Positions 17,913 to 26,895 of a stretch of 64,000 bases of DNA are shown here, in pieces. The notes below the pieces were generated by a model. That model made no database searches and was not told where the DNA came from. It saw only the letters and a list, made by a program, of their open reading frames with translations. Position numbers and translations under genes: made by a program. The first letter of the stretch is position 1; the number at the start of each line of letters is the position of its first letter. Source of the stretch: an uncultured Verrucomicrobiota bacterium (lineage in GTDB: Bacteria; Verrucomicrobiota; Verrucomicrobiia; Limisphaerales; UBA9464); assembly GCA_903907925.1 (NCBI GenBank), contig CAIVQB010000070.1, forward strand, positions 61,448-125,447, given 5' to 3'.

Positions 17913-18989
17913 ATGACATTTTCAAAGATTGCAGGCATGACAGTCGCGGTGGTGCTCGCGGCCGGCGCGTGGGCGTGGGCGCGCGGGGAAAAACCCGCCG
18001 CTGCGAACGAACCCGCCTCCCCTTCCTCCATCGCCATGAGTGATTTCAAGAAACCCGATTCAGGTCAGCTCCAGAAAAAGCTGACGGCCGAACAGTATGC
18101 GGTCACGCAGCAATGCGGAACCGAACCCCCGTTTCGCAACGCCTACTGGGACAATCACCGGGCGGGCATCTACGTCGACGTCGTGTCGGGTGAACCGTTG
18201 TTCAGTTCGCTTTCCAAGTTCGATTCCGGCACTGGCTGGCCGAGTTTCACCCAACCCATCGCAGGCACCGACGTCGTGGAGAAGAAGGACGAGAGTTTTG
18301 GTTCGGTTCGAACCGAAGTGCGTTCGAAGGCGGCCGACTCCCACTTGGGTCATCTGTTCAATGACGGGCCGCGCGACAAGGGTGGCATGCGCTATTGCAT
18401 CAATTCCGCCGCGTTGAAGTTCATTCCCGTCGAGGACATGGAGCGCGCCGGATACGGGCAACACCTGGCACCGTTCGTCGCGGCAGGCCTGATCAAGGCA
18501 TCCCAGCACGAAACAGCGATTCTGGCGGGCGGCTGTTTCTGGGGAATGGAGGAAATCCTCCGCCAAATCCCGGGCGTCACCAAAACCACGGTCGGATACA
18601 GCGGCGGCAAGACGGCGAAACCCACCTACGAGCAGGTCTGCACCGGTGCCACCGGCCACGCCGAGGCGATCGAGGTGGAATTCGATCCGTCCAAACTCAC
18701 CTATGAAGGGTTGCTCGGGTTTTTCTTCCGGATGCACGATCCCACGACGTTGAATCGCCAGCACAACGATGTGGGCACCCAGTATCGTTCGGCGATTTTC
18801 TACACCAGCGAGGAGCAACGGAAGACGGCCGAACAGGTCAAGGAACGGCTTGAGGCGGTGAAGAAGTTCAAGCGACCGATCACGACCGAAATCACCCAGG
18901 CGTCCCCGTTCTATCCGGCGGAGGATTATCACCAGAAGTACCTGGTCAAGAATCCCGGCGGCTACACCTGTCACGTACTGCGGGATTGA
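17913..18989 (+). CDS. msrBA: exported bifunctional methionine sulfoxide reductase MsrB-MsrA
   Basis: The N-terminal hydrophobic signal or anchor is [15 protein letters not shown]. MsrB motifs are [21 protein letters not shown] and RYCINS. MsrA motifs are [20 protein letters not shown] and QYRSAIFY. Confidence 0.93.
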   Translation: MTFSKIAGMTVAVVLAAGAWAWARGEKPAAANEPASPSSIAMSDFKKPDSGQLQKKLTAEQYAVTQQCGTEPPFRNAYWDNHRAGIYVDVVSGEPLFSSLSKFDSGTGWPSFTQPIAGTDVVEKKDESFGSVRTEVRSKAADSHLGHLFNDGPRDKGGMRYCINSAALKFIPVEDMERAGYGQHLAPFVAAGLIKASQHETAILAGGCFWGMEEILRQIPGVTKTTVGYSGGKTAKPTYEQVCTGATGHAEAIEVEFDPSKLTYEGLLGFFFRMHDPTTLNRQHNDVGTQYRSAIFYTSEEQRKTAEQVKERLEAVKKFKRPITTEITQASPFYPAEDYHQKYLVKNPGGYTCHVLRD

Positions 18990-19111
18990 GAGCCCGGTGC
19001 AATACAGGTCGACTCTGGGACTCCCCGGTTCTCTCGTTTGCGCGATGAGAAACGATCGGCGGAAACCCTCCCTTGTTTTCTGCGGGCGAACCGACGATTC
19101 AAGCGGGACCG

Positions 19112-22100
19112 ATGTTCGCCTGTCGAAGATGTCATCCCTTTCCCTGCCTGCGGTCCGGGTTGAAATGGATCCTGATCCTCCTGTGTGCCGGCTCTTGGAT
19201 TGCCGCGGCCTTCGACAGATCTGAACGCCCGGGCCCCTCGAGCCGCCGTACTGGACTGGCCATCACCGAGATCCTGCATCACCCGGCTCCTTCGCCCGAG
19301 GGACGTGATCTGGAGTTCGTCGAACTGTTCAACGCCGATCTGATCCCCGCGGAACTCGGCGGGTTTAAAATACGCGGAAGTGTTGAGTTCACTTTTCCCG
19401 ACGGCACCACGCTCGCACCGGGAGGTTATCTCGTGGTGGCCAAATCCCCGGCGGATCTCACCGGCAGGTTTGGAATCACCAACGTGACCGGACCGTTCCG
19501 CGGAACCCTGCGGAGTCCGGCGGGTCGTGTCGTTTTGGAGGATGAGTTCGGTGCGGTGCTGCTGGAGACGCGGATTGAAACGACTCCTCCGTGGCCGGTC
19601 GCCGCCGCGGGCGGCGGACATTCGATGGTCCTGGCGCGGCCTTCGTTCGGCGAAGGCGACCCGCGCGCATGGGAACCCAGTCGCTGGATGGGCGGTTCTC
19701 CCGGTGGACCCGAGCCGGCCGATGTCGACTCACTTCTGGGGCTGATGTTCAACGAGATTTTTACCGACGCAGCGTCGCGGAATGAGGGCTTCGTTGAGCT
19801 CTACAACCATTCCAACGGGCCGTTGAATCTTTCAGGTTCCTGGCTGACACACGATGCCGCAACGCGCGGGTTTCAAATTCCGATGGGAACCATTCTTGGA
19901 CCCCGTGGATTTGCCCGGTTCACATGGGTGGAAACGGGAAATGTTCCGGACGCGGGCGGTGGGCGGATCTACTTGCTGAATCCCGAACGCAATCGGGTGG
20001 TGGACGCGATCGAGTATCCACCGCAGGAACCTGGAGTCGCATGGGGACGTTTTCCTGAGGGCGTTGGGGAGTTTTCCCGGTTGTCGACGCCCACACCGGC
20101 CTCGTCCAATGCCGTCCCCAAACCATCTCCGGTGGTGATCAATGAAATCATGTATCATCCCATCTCCGGCTCCGATCGGGATCAATATGTGGAGCTGCTC
20201 AATCGAACCGATCAGGCCGTCCCCATCGGCAACTGGAGCTTCGTTCACGGCATTCGTTTCACCTTTCCCGCGGAAACGGTCCTGCCGCCGCACGGACTGG
20301 TGGTGGTGGCGAAGGACGCCCGACGTCTGCGGGCGGTGTATTCCGAACTGAACCGCGGGAATTGCTTTGGGAACTTTGGCGGAACCCTCAGCCGCAGCGG
20401 GGAACGCATCGCGCTGGCCCGGCCGGTGTCGATCGGGTCGGGACGCGATGGTGCCGGACGTGAACAGAGCGTCGATGTGGTGATGAACGAGGTCACCTAT
20501 CAGGACGGCGGCCAGTGGGGCAATTTATCGGACGGCGGTGGAAGCAGTCTTGAGTTGATCGATCCCGACGCGGACATCCGACGGGCCGACAACTGGCGGG
20601 ACAGCGATGAGACCGGCAAATCCGCGTGGACGACGGTGGAGTTTACCGGCGGAGTTGGGATGAGTCTGGGATTGGGAGCGGGCGAATCCCTGCATCTCTA
20701 TCTGCTGGGTGAGGGCGAATGTTTGGTCGACGACGTTGAGGTCCGGGTCGACGGAGGACCGAACGTGATCGCCAATCCTGGTTTTGAATCAGGAATGACC
20801 GGCTGGATTCCACAGGGCGCGATGGATCAATCGAGCGTCGAAATGGGAGGGAGTTCCAGTCTTCGGAGTCTGCATTTGCGCGCCGGTTCCCGTGGGGATC
20901 CCGGCGCCAACCGGGTCCGGTCGGCACTGTTTCGTGCAATCACCACGGGACAAACCGTGACAATCCGCTGCAAGGCGCGCTGGCTCAAAGGCTGGCCCGA
21001 ACTGCTGTTGCGCCTGCAAGGAGGCGGTGCCGAGGCCTCGGGACGATTGCTGCTGCCGCCGAATCTCGGGACCCCGGGGCGCCCCAACAGCCGGAGCGCC
21101 GTCCCGGCCGGGCCCGCCTTGTTCGAGGTGCGCCACCAACCGGTCCTGCCGGCCGCCGGACAACCGGTGATTGTCACCACGCGTGCGGATTCGGTCCGAG
21201 GGTTGAAACGGTTGGCTCTGCGGTACCGAGTTGATCCTTCAATGACCTTCTCGGAAATCGCGATGAACGATGAGGGCGTTGGGGGCGATTCGATCGCGGG
21301 CGACGGGATCTTCAGCGCGACGCTGCCCGGACAACCGGCCGGAACCCTGATCGCCTTTCACCTCGTCGCGACCGACCGCGTCGGAGCCACGAACACCTTT
21401 CCACGGGATCCGTTTCCCGTCGGTGACGCTGCGCGCCTTTTCCCCGGTGATTCACTTTCGCACGAGTGTCTGGTCCGTTTTGGGGAGACGCGGATCACCG
21501 GAGTGATTCCGAGCTACCGGCTCTGGCTCACCCGGGCGAATCGCGACCGGTGGATCGCGCGGGACCGCCTGAGCAACGCGGATCTCGATGCCACCTTTGT
21601 CTATGACGACGAGCGGGTGGTCTACGGTGCGGGTGCCCAAACGGCGGGAAGTCCGTGGCACACAGATCAGATGGCCACCGGTCCCGACGGCACAAACCGG
21701 TTCGACTACGTGGTTCATCTGCCGAAGGACAATCCGGTACTGGGTGAGACCGATTTCAATCTGGTGATTCCGGGCAACGGAGACGGAGGCAACAGCAGTG
21801 ACCTCAGCGCCCTGAGCGAACCAGTGTCCCTGCTGGTGTTCCGCGACCTGGGTCTTCCCTCGTTACATCGCAGATTCATTCACTTCTTTATCAATGGATC
21901 CGAAAGGAGCGCGGTTTCCGGGTTGCCGGGACACTTCGTCTATGAAGACGTCCAGCAACCCAACGGCAGGGCTCTGCGGGGATGGTTCCCGGGCGCCGGG
22001 CATGGGACGTTGTTCAAGGTCGAGGATTGGTTCGAGTTCACCAACGCCGTGGCCACGACCTTTGAAAACAAGGATGCCGATCTGATCCGCCGCGTGGTTC

Positions 22101-22972
22101 CCGGCACCACGAACCTGAGCGCGGCACCCTACCGGTTTATGTGGCGGTTGCGCGGGCTGCAGGCGGGTGAATCGGCGAGCGACTATGGAAGCCTTTTTCG
22201 ATTGATCAACGCCGCGAGTCCGTCGCTGGATCCAACGGCTCCGGTGGAGTTCGAAACGGTGAATCGGGTCGCGGATTTGGAGCAATGGTTTCGGGTCATT
22301 GCCTGCCAGCGTGCCGTTGGAAACTGGGATTCTTACGGATGGGACCGCGGCAAGAACTGCTACCTGTATCTTCCAGCCAACGGCCGTTTTGTTCTCGTGC
22401 CCTGGGATGTCGACGCCACTCTCGCCCTGGGCGGCAAGGAGCCCCACAGCGACCTCTTTGAATCGAGCGACCCGCGCATCACCGCGATGCTTCGGAATCC
22501 GGCCATTCTGCGGCTCTATCTTCGAGCGTTGCAGGAGGTCCTTGATGGCCCCATGCGGCCCGGTCGGCTCGAGGCGGCGTTTGATGTGAGAACGTCGGCA
22601 CTTCTGGCGAATGGCATCAGCCTGGACCCGCACCTGACGGCGGCGAACAAGGCTTACCTGGCAGAGCGCCGCTCCTTTCTGGACCAGCAACTTTCCGGAT
22701 CATGGGTCGCGTTTTCGGTCGTGCCCCCGGCGGTCGTTCCGTTGGGAAGCACGACCGTAACCCTGCACGGGACTGCACCACCCCGGGTGTCGGCCATCCG
22801 GATGAATGCCAAGCCGGTGGAGCTTCGCTGGCGGACTCCCGTCGAATGGAGCGCGGAAGTCCCGGTGCGTCCGGGCACGAATGTGTTCGAGTTCGACGGA
22901 TTGGACCGCGCGGGTGGATCTGCGGCGGGATCAACCGCGCGGGTCGTGGTGATCGCAGAGGGGAAAAAGTAG
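19112..22972 (+). CDS. secreted lamin-tail-domain (x3) / CotH kinase-family protein
   Basis: ATG at 19112 with a signal-like LKWILILLCAGSWIAAA. LTD signatures are ITEILHHP...LEFVELFN, FNEIFTD...GFVELYNHS and INEIMYHP...QYVELLN. The CotH-like core is GNWDSYGWDRGKNCYLY...VLVPWDVDATLA. Confidence 0.8.
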   Translation: MFACRRCHPFPCLRSGLKWILILLCAGSWIAAAFDRSERPGPSSRRTGLAITEILHHPAPSPEGRDLEFVELFNADLIPAELGGFKIRGSVEFTFPDGTTLAPGGYLVVAKSPADLTGRFGITNVTGPFRGTLRSPAGRVVLEDEFGAVLLETRIETTPPWPVAAAGGGHSMVLARPSFGEGDPRAWEPSRWMGGSPGGPEPADVDSLLGLMFNEIFTDAASRNEGFVELYNHSNGPLNLSGSWLTHDAATRGFQIPMGTILGPRGFARFTWVETGNVPDAGGGRIYLLNPERNRVVDAIEYPPQEPGVAWGRFPEGVGEFSRLSTPTPASSNAVPKPSPVVINEIMYHPISGSDRDQYVELLNRTDQAVPIGNWSFVHGIRFTFPAETVLPPHGLVVVAKDARRLRAVYSELNRGNCFGNFGGTLSRSGERIALARPVSIGSGRDGAGREQSVDVVMNEVTYQDGGQWGNLSDGGGSSLELIDPDADIRRADNWRDSDETGKSAWTTVEFTGGVGMSLGLGAGESLHLYLLGEGECLVDDVEVRVDGGPNVIANPGFESGMTGWIPQGAMDQSSVEMGGSSSLRSLHLRAGSRGDPGANRVRSALFRAITTGQTVTIRCKARWLKGWPELLLRLQGGGAEASGRLLLPPNLGTPGRPNSRSAVPAGPALFEVRHQPVLPAAGQPVIVTTRADSVRGLKRLALRYRVDPSMTFSEIAMNDEGVGGDSIAGDGIFSATLPGQPAGTLIAFHLVATDRVGATNTFPRDPFPVGDAARLFPGDSLSHECLVRFGETRITGVIPSYRLWLTRANRDRWIARDRLSNADLDATFVYDDERVVYGAGAQTAGSPWHTDQMATGPDGTNRFDYVVHLPKDNPVLGETDFNLVIPGNGDGGNSSDLSALSEPVSLLVFRDLGLPSLHRRFIHFFINGSERSAVSGLPGHFVYEDVQQPNGRALRGWFPGAGHGTLFKVEDWFEFTNAVATTFENKDADLIRRVVPGTTNLSAAPYRFMWRLRGLQAGESASDYGSLFRLINAASPSLDPTAPVEFETVNRVADLEQWFRVIACQRAVGNWDSYGWDRGKNCYLYLPANGRFVLVPWDVDATLALGGKEPHSDLFESSDPRITAMLRNPAILRLYLRALQEVLDGPMRPGRLEAAFDVRTSALLANGISLDPHLTAANKAYLAERRSFLDQQLSGSWVAFSVVPPAVVPLGSTTVTLHGTAPPRVSAIRMNAKPVELRWRTPVEWSAEVPVRPGTNVFEFDGLDRAGGSAAGSTARVVVIAEGKK

Positions 22973-23162
22973 AACGATGGCTTTATCGTTGGAGCGTTCC
23001 GGTTGCGCGGTTTGCGCTGGAAGGAATAATCTAGCACAATATTGCCGGGACGAGATCAGCAGTCTCCAGACCCGCAAAACACTCATTGGCGCTTGACAGT
23101 TTCCATGCTTCCCAACTAATAACCTTCCGATGGTCATCAGATATAATTGATCGGGTCACGCC

Positions 23163-24848
23163 TTGTTGCGTCAGGAGCCCTTCTCTCTCAACGTCAACCA
23201 TTTATCATTTTTGAACACTTCGAATGCAGGCGGGAAAATAAATCTCGGATCCGTTTTAAGATATCTATTCTTCACAAATAACGCCCAAGGCTCCGTTTGG
23301 TCAAAGTCGCTGGCCCTCGCCGGAGTGTTCCTTTCACTCCTGTTTGTTTTGTATGTCACCAAGCCCCCACGCGTTTTTCGTCATCCGGGTGATGCATTCA
23401 TTCTCATTTCAGCGGTCGAACGAATCTCGCATGGAGAGGTTCCTCATCGGGATTTCTACTCCCCCTTGGGCTCGCTTAATTTTTATATTGCCGCCCTTGG
23501 AAAACCTTTCGGGCATGACGTTTATGACATATTCTTCGTCGGCATCTACGCCGTCAGCTTCGCTCTAGTGCTGGTTGGAAGCGCGGTGTTTCTCCGCCGA
23601 CTCCCGGTTGGTCTTGCCATTCTCTCATCGATATTCATTGGCGTTCTTGCAATCAATTACAGGGTGCTTGGCTCGATGCATTTTGAGAATGCGGTGGCCA
23701 TGCAATACAATCGGATCGGCGAAGCCTTTCTTTTCCTGGCGGCGGTCATTCTTTTCATTCCGCCGCGCGAAAAAATGAGTGGGGTGGTATCGATTCTCGA
23801 GGCGACAGCGTCCGGGATTTTGATCGGGTTGCTATTTTTCGTAAAAATCAACTTCTTCATTCTCGGGGTGGGTTTTCTAGGGGCCTCTTTTATATTCCCA
23901 CGCACGAGCCTGCTTCAGCGAAGCCTGACGTGTGCGGGCGTTGTGGTGACGATCGTTTTGTACCTGCACTTCGTCCAATTCACTCTTTCCGAGTATTTGG
24001 GTGATCTTGGGCTTGCGAGTGCCAGTCAAAGCTTCCTTAAACGATTCTCCGGATTGGTCAAAGTCTCAGGCTTGGTCCCCGAAATTGTGACCGTATGCAT
24101 TTTGGGAATTATAACCTCAAAAGAGCTTCGATTTCCACCCGGATTGAATTTTCGTGCGAAGCAGTTTGGGGTTGTTCTCGTCGTGGTTCTTGCGGGTGTG
24201 TTTGCCCAGGCTACCAACGCCGGTGGGCTTGAAGAGCCTTGTTTCGTTCTTGCGGGATTGATCGCGTTTTTCCCGTTGATTGAAAGTCAGCGGGTCGAAG
24301 GGGGAAATGGTTCCTGCCCTTCATTTCTTGTCGCGTCCCTGCTCCTGATCAGTCTCTTCTCAAGAACGTTGATGATCGACGGCGTGTCGATGGTTCATAA
24401 GATTATGTATAATCATCAGCATCAACGCGAAAACGATCCGGCCTTCATTCTCTTGACCGGGAATCCCTATCCCAGCTTGAGATTTGGAGACGAATGTCGA
24501 AGCTATATCAGCGATCTGAACAGCGGGATTGAATTGATCTTGTCGCAGGTGAAAGATCCGGGTGCCGAGCGGATATCAACTCCGGAATTTGCAAACCCAT
24601 TTCCGCCATTGGTTGGGGCTCGATATGCCAAGGGGGATGCCTTGTGGTGGCACGAATCTGTGAATTACTCCGAACGTAGTTTTCCATCTCCAAACCGGAC
24701 CTGGAACAACACCACGTTGCTGATCGAGTCGAAGGGAGGCACTGCTGATCCGCTGGGACTCCCGGAATACGCCGACTACAAAAAACGGCATTTTCGACTC
24801 CTTGCTGACAATGCGACGTGGAGGCTGTACCGGCGGATTAGCCCATGA
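23163..24848 (+). CDS. polytopic membrane protein, GT-C-fold glycosyltransferase candidate
   Basis: 561-aa ORF with a TTG start, so the exact start is uncertain. It has at least 10 hydrophobic segments. The first loop (HPGDAFILISAVERISHGEVPHRDFYSPLGSLNFYI) resembles the acidic first loop of polyprenyl-phosphate-sugar-dependent GT-C enzymes (DUF2029/GT87-like). Local composition is AT-rich. Confidence 0.6.
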   Translation: MLRQEPFSLNVNHLSFLNTSNAGGKINLGSVLRYLFFTNNAQGSVWSKSLALAGVFLSLLFVLYVTKPPRVFRHPGDAFILISAVERISHGEVPHRDFYSPLGSLNFYIAALGKPFGHDVYDIFFVGIYAVSFALVLVGSAVFLRRLPVGLAILSSIFIGVLAINYRVLGSMHFENAVAMQYNRIGEAFLFLAAVILFIPPREKMSGVVSILEATASGILIGLLFFVKINFFILGVGFLGASFIFPRTSLLQRSLTCAGVVVTIVLYLHFVQFTLSEYLGDLGLASASQSFLKRFSGLVKVSGLVPEIVTVCILGIITSKELRFPPGLNFRAKQFGVVLVVVLAGVFAQATNAGGLEEPCFVLAGLIAFFPLIESQRVEGGNGSCPSFLVASLLLISLFSRTLMIDGVSMVHKIMYNHQHQRENDPAFILLTGNPYPSLRFGDECRSYISDLNSGIELILSQVKDPGAERISTPEFANPFPPLVGARYAKGDALWWHESVNYSERSFPSPNRTWNNTTLLIESKGGTADPLGLPEYADYKKRHFRLLADNATWRLYRRISP

Positions 24849-24958
24849 CGCTTCCTGCTTTGGATCGCACTTCCCGCACATCGGGAGTTGTCGCGGATAT
24901 GAGGAGGATCCGGGCGGTCGAGCTCGGGTGCGCTCTGTCTGCCCGCCGGTAGATGCTT

Positions 24959-26080
24959 TCACCAGGGGTGGCTTTGGGACATCGTGAAGGATTCCATCCA
25001 ACGCCTCAGTCGTGGCGTGTTTCGCTCGAAGCACCACCACATTCCGCTTCCGAACAGCACAGTCCCGGTCAATAGACCTGAAAACAGAAGCCAGTTGACT
25101 GGAGTCGGTTGCAGCTTGTGACCGCCGAAGAAGCAGAAGACGACAAAGGCCATGAATGGGAAATGGAACAGGTAGAGACTGTAGGAGATTTCCGAAAGAC
25201 CAACGGCGGTTTTTGTCAACCAGGCGACAGGATTCCCACGCCAGGCCAGACTTGTGACCAGCAAGGCGAATGCGATTCCGACAGCGCAATCCGTCCCCCA
25301 GGTCGGTTTTCTGGTGCTGATCGCCAACGAACAGAATGCCAATACTCCGGTGAAGACAAGCCAGTCATTTCTGCGAAATAGAGTTCGTGCCCGCTCGGAC
25401 CGTCCCAGCAGGAATGCGCCGGTACCCAATAGAAAAATGGCCCAGCCAACGGAGAAATAGAGAGGGAGCCACCAGACGATCAGCGAAAGGAGCGCGACGC
25501 AAGCAAGACGCCCCGCCCACGAACGAACGAACCAGATGCTGCAGACAAGCGGAAGCAATACATAAAACCAGAATTCGTATGCAAGACTCCAGAGGGGTGA
25601 GTTTGTTCCGAAGCAGTTGGAGTATATCGTCTGTAGGAAGAAGGCATTTCCAAGCAGAGTTTGCCACCTCAGGTCCAGCGGGACCGTAAAACTTAGATGG
25701 TAAATCTCATGAAACGACCCATGGTACGCTGCCGGCATAAAGTGGCGACCCACGCTGTCGCAGATAAATGTAAAAAGGAGGGCAGGTAGAAGAACGGCCC
25801 AAAGGCGGGACACCCTTCGGGCTGCATATAGTTTCCACGACCAACGTCCTGATTGATGGGATTCCAAAACGCTTCCGCCGACGAGAAATCCGCTCAGGAC
25901 GAAGAACACCACCACCGATTGATGGCCCAGTGCCCCGAGGAAATAGAATAAACGATGTAGTAAATTATGATGCTCAAGCTCGTGGAAATCAACGAACAGA
26001 AAATGTCTGAGATGTTGTGAACAAACCAGGAGAGAAGCTATTCCCCGCAAGAGGTCGAGATTTGCAAGACGGTGTTTCAC
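24959..26080 (-). CDS. acyltransferase family 3 (OafA-like) membrane protein
   Basis: GTG start. The signature is ANLDLLRGIASLLVCSQH...VVFFVLSGFLV, with about 10 TM segments. Confidence 0.8.
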   Translation of the reverse strand: MKHRLANLDLLRGIASLLVCSQHLRHFLFVDFHELEHHNLLHRLFYFLGALGHQSVVVFFVLSGFLVGGSVLESHQSGRWSWKLYAARRVSRLWAVLLPALLFTFICDSVGRHFMPAAYHGSFHEIYHLSFTVPLDLRWQTLLGNAFFLQTIYSNCFGTNSPLWSLAYEFWFYVLLPLVCSIWFVRSWAGRLACVALLSLIVWWLPLYFSVGWAIFLLGTGAFLLGRSERARTLFRRNDWLVFTGVLAFCSLAISTRKPTWGTDCAVGIAFALLVTSLAWRGNPVAWLTKTAVGLSEISYSLYLFHFPFMAFVVFCFFGGHKLQPTPVNWLLFSGLLTGTVLFGSGMWWCFERNTPRLRRWMESFTMSQSHPW

Positions 26081-26142
26081 GGCGTTGTAAATGAGTCGGT
26101 GGAAAAAACACCCTCATCGGGATGCGGAGTGTGCAACTTTCA

Positions 26143-26895
26143 CTACAGTTTTGTCCGGAGAAACAGAAACTCAGGAACGCTGCGGATGATCATCATGATC
26201 CATCGCCAAACCCAGAGAGTATAGATCCGGCCCGTTTTGCGATCGATCGCCCGGAGAATATCGCGGGCAACCTGGTCGGGGCGGGCGCAAAGGGGTGAGT
26301 TGGGATTGACCAGGCCATCGGTCATGGGTGTCGCGACAAATCCAGGTTTGACCGTGCAGACGTGAACGCCCTTGTCGTGAAGGCGGTGGCGAAGTCCATC
26401 GAGGAATGCCGACAGGCCCGCTTTGGAGCAACCGTAGTGATAGTTGCTGCCGCGGCCGCGATCTCCGGCCACCGATGAAATCCCAACGATCACTCCGCGG
26501 CCTCGTGTCACGAACGCGTTCGCGAAGGCCTGCAAAACGAGAACCGACGAAACCAGATTGACCTCGAGGGTTAGAGCCAAAAGGTCGAGGTTGGCCTCGG
26601 TTTCTGGCTGGGGGAACATGACGCCATAGGCAAGGATGACACCGTCCACCAGTTGTGCGTCGTTGAGGCGGGTCGACGCCTCCAGTAACCCCGTCACCTC
26701 GGCGCGACATGAGGCGTCAAAAACGAGGATCCTGGCCTGTACCTGATGACGGGTTTCGAGATCCTTCGCCAGAAGGTTGAGTTCCTCCTGAGAGCGGCCG
26801 GCAAGAATCAAGTCGTGTCCCCGGGATGCAAGCGATCGGCTGACGGCCTTCGCAATTCCCGAGGCTGCTCCGAGGATGATATAGGTACGGTTCAT
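26143..26895 (-). CDS. dprE2: SDR-family reductase, DprE2-like (decaprenylphospho-2-keto-erythro-pentofuranose reductase homolog)
   Basis: The Rossmann motif is ILGAASGIAKA and the catalytic motif is YGCSKAG. The C-terminal tail (WVWRWIMMIIRSVPEFLFLRTKL) closely parallels my memory of the Mycobacterium tuberculosis (Mtb) DprE2 tail ([21 protein letters not shown]). The start overlaps the upstream stop as ATGA (26892-26895). Confidence 0.8.
   Translation of the reverse strand: MNRTYIILGAASGIAKAVSRSLASRGHDLILAGRSQEELNLLAKDLETRHQVQARILVFDASCRAEVTGLLEASTRLNDAQLVDGVILAYGVMFPQPETEANLDLLALTLEVNLVSSVLVLQAFANAFVTRGRGVIVGISSVAGDRGRGSNYHYGCSKAGLSAFLDGLRHRLHDKGVHVCTVKPGFVATPMTDGLVNPNSPLCARPDQVARDILRAIDRKTGRIYTLWVWRWIMMIIRSVPEFLFLRTKL

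Noticed and set aside
22973-22990. AACGAT-N6-ATCGTT hairpin after the CotH gene, and CCCGAC-N11-GTCGGG (43158-43180) after purM, as intrinsic terminators
   Set aside because: The stems are only 6 bp and no convincing U-tract follows. They cannot be distinguished from chance.
23093-23127. TTGACA at 23093-23098 followed 17-18 nt later by CTAATA/TAATAA, as a sigma70-type promoter for the GT-C-like gene
   Set aside because: The -10 match is only about 3 of 6. Promoter consensus in this lineage is not established, so the evidence is too weak to list as a feature.
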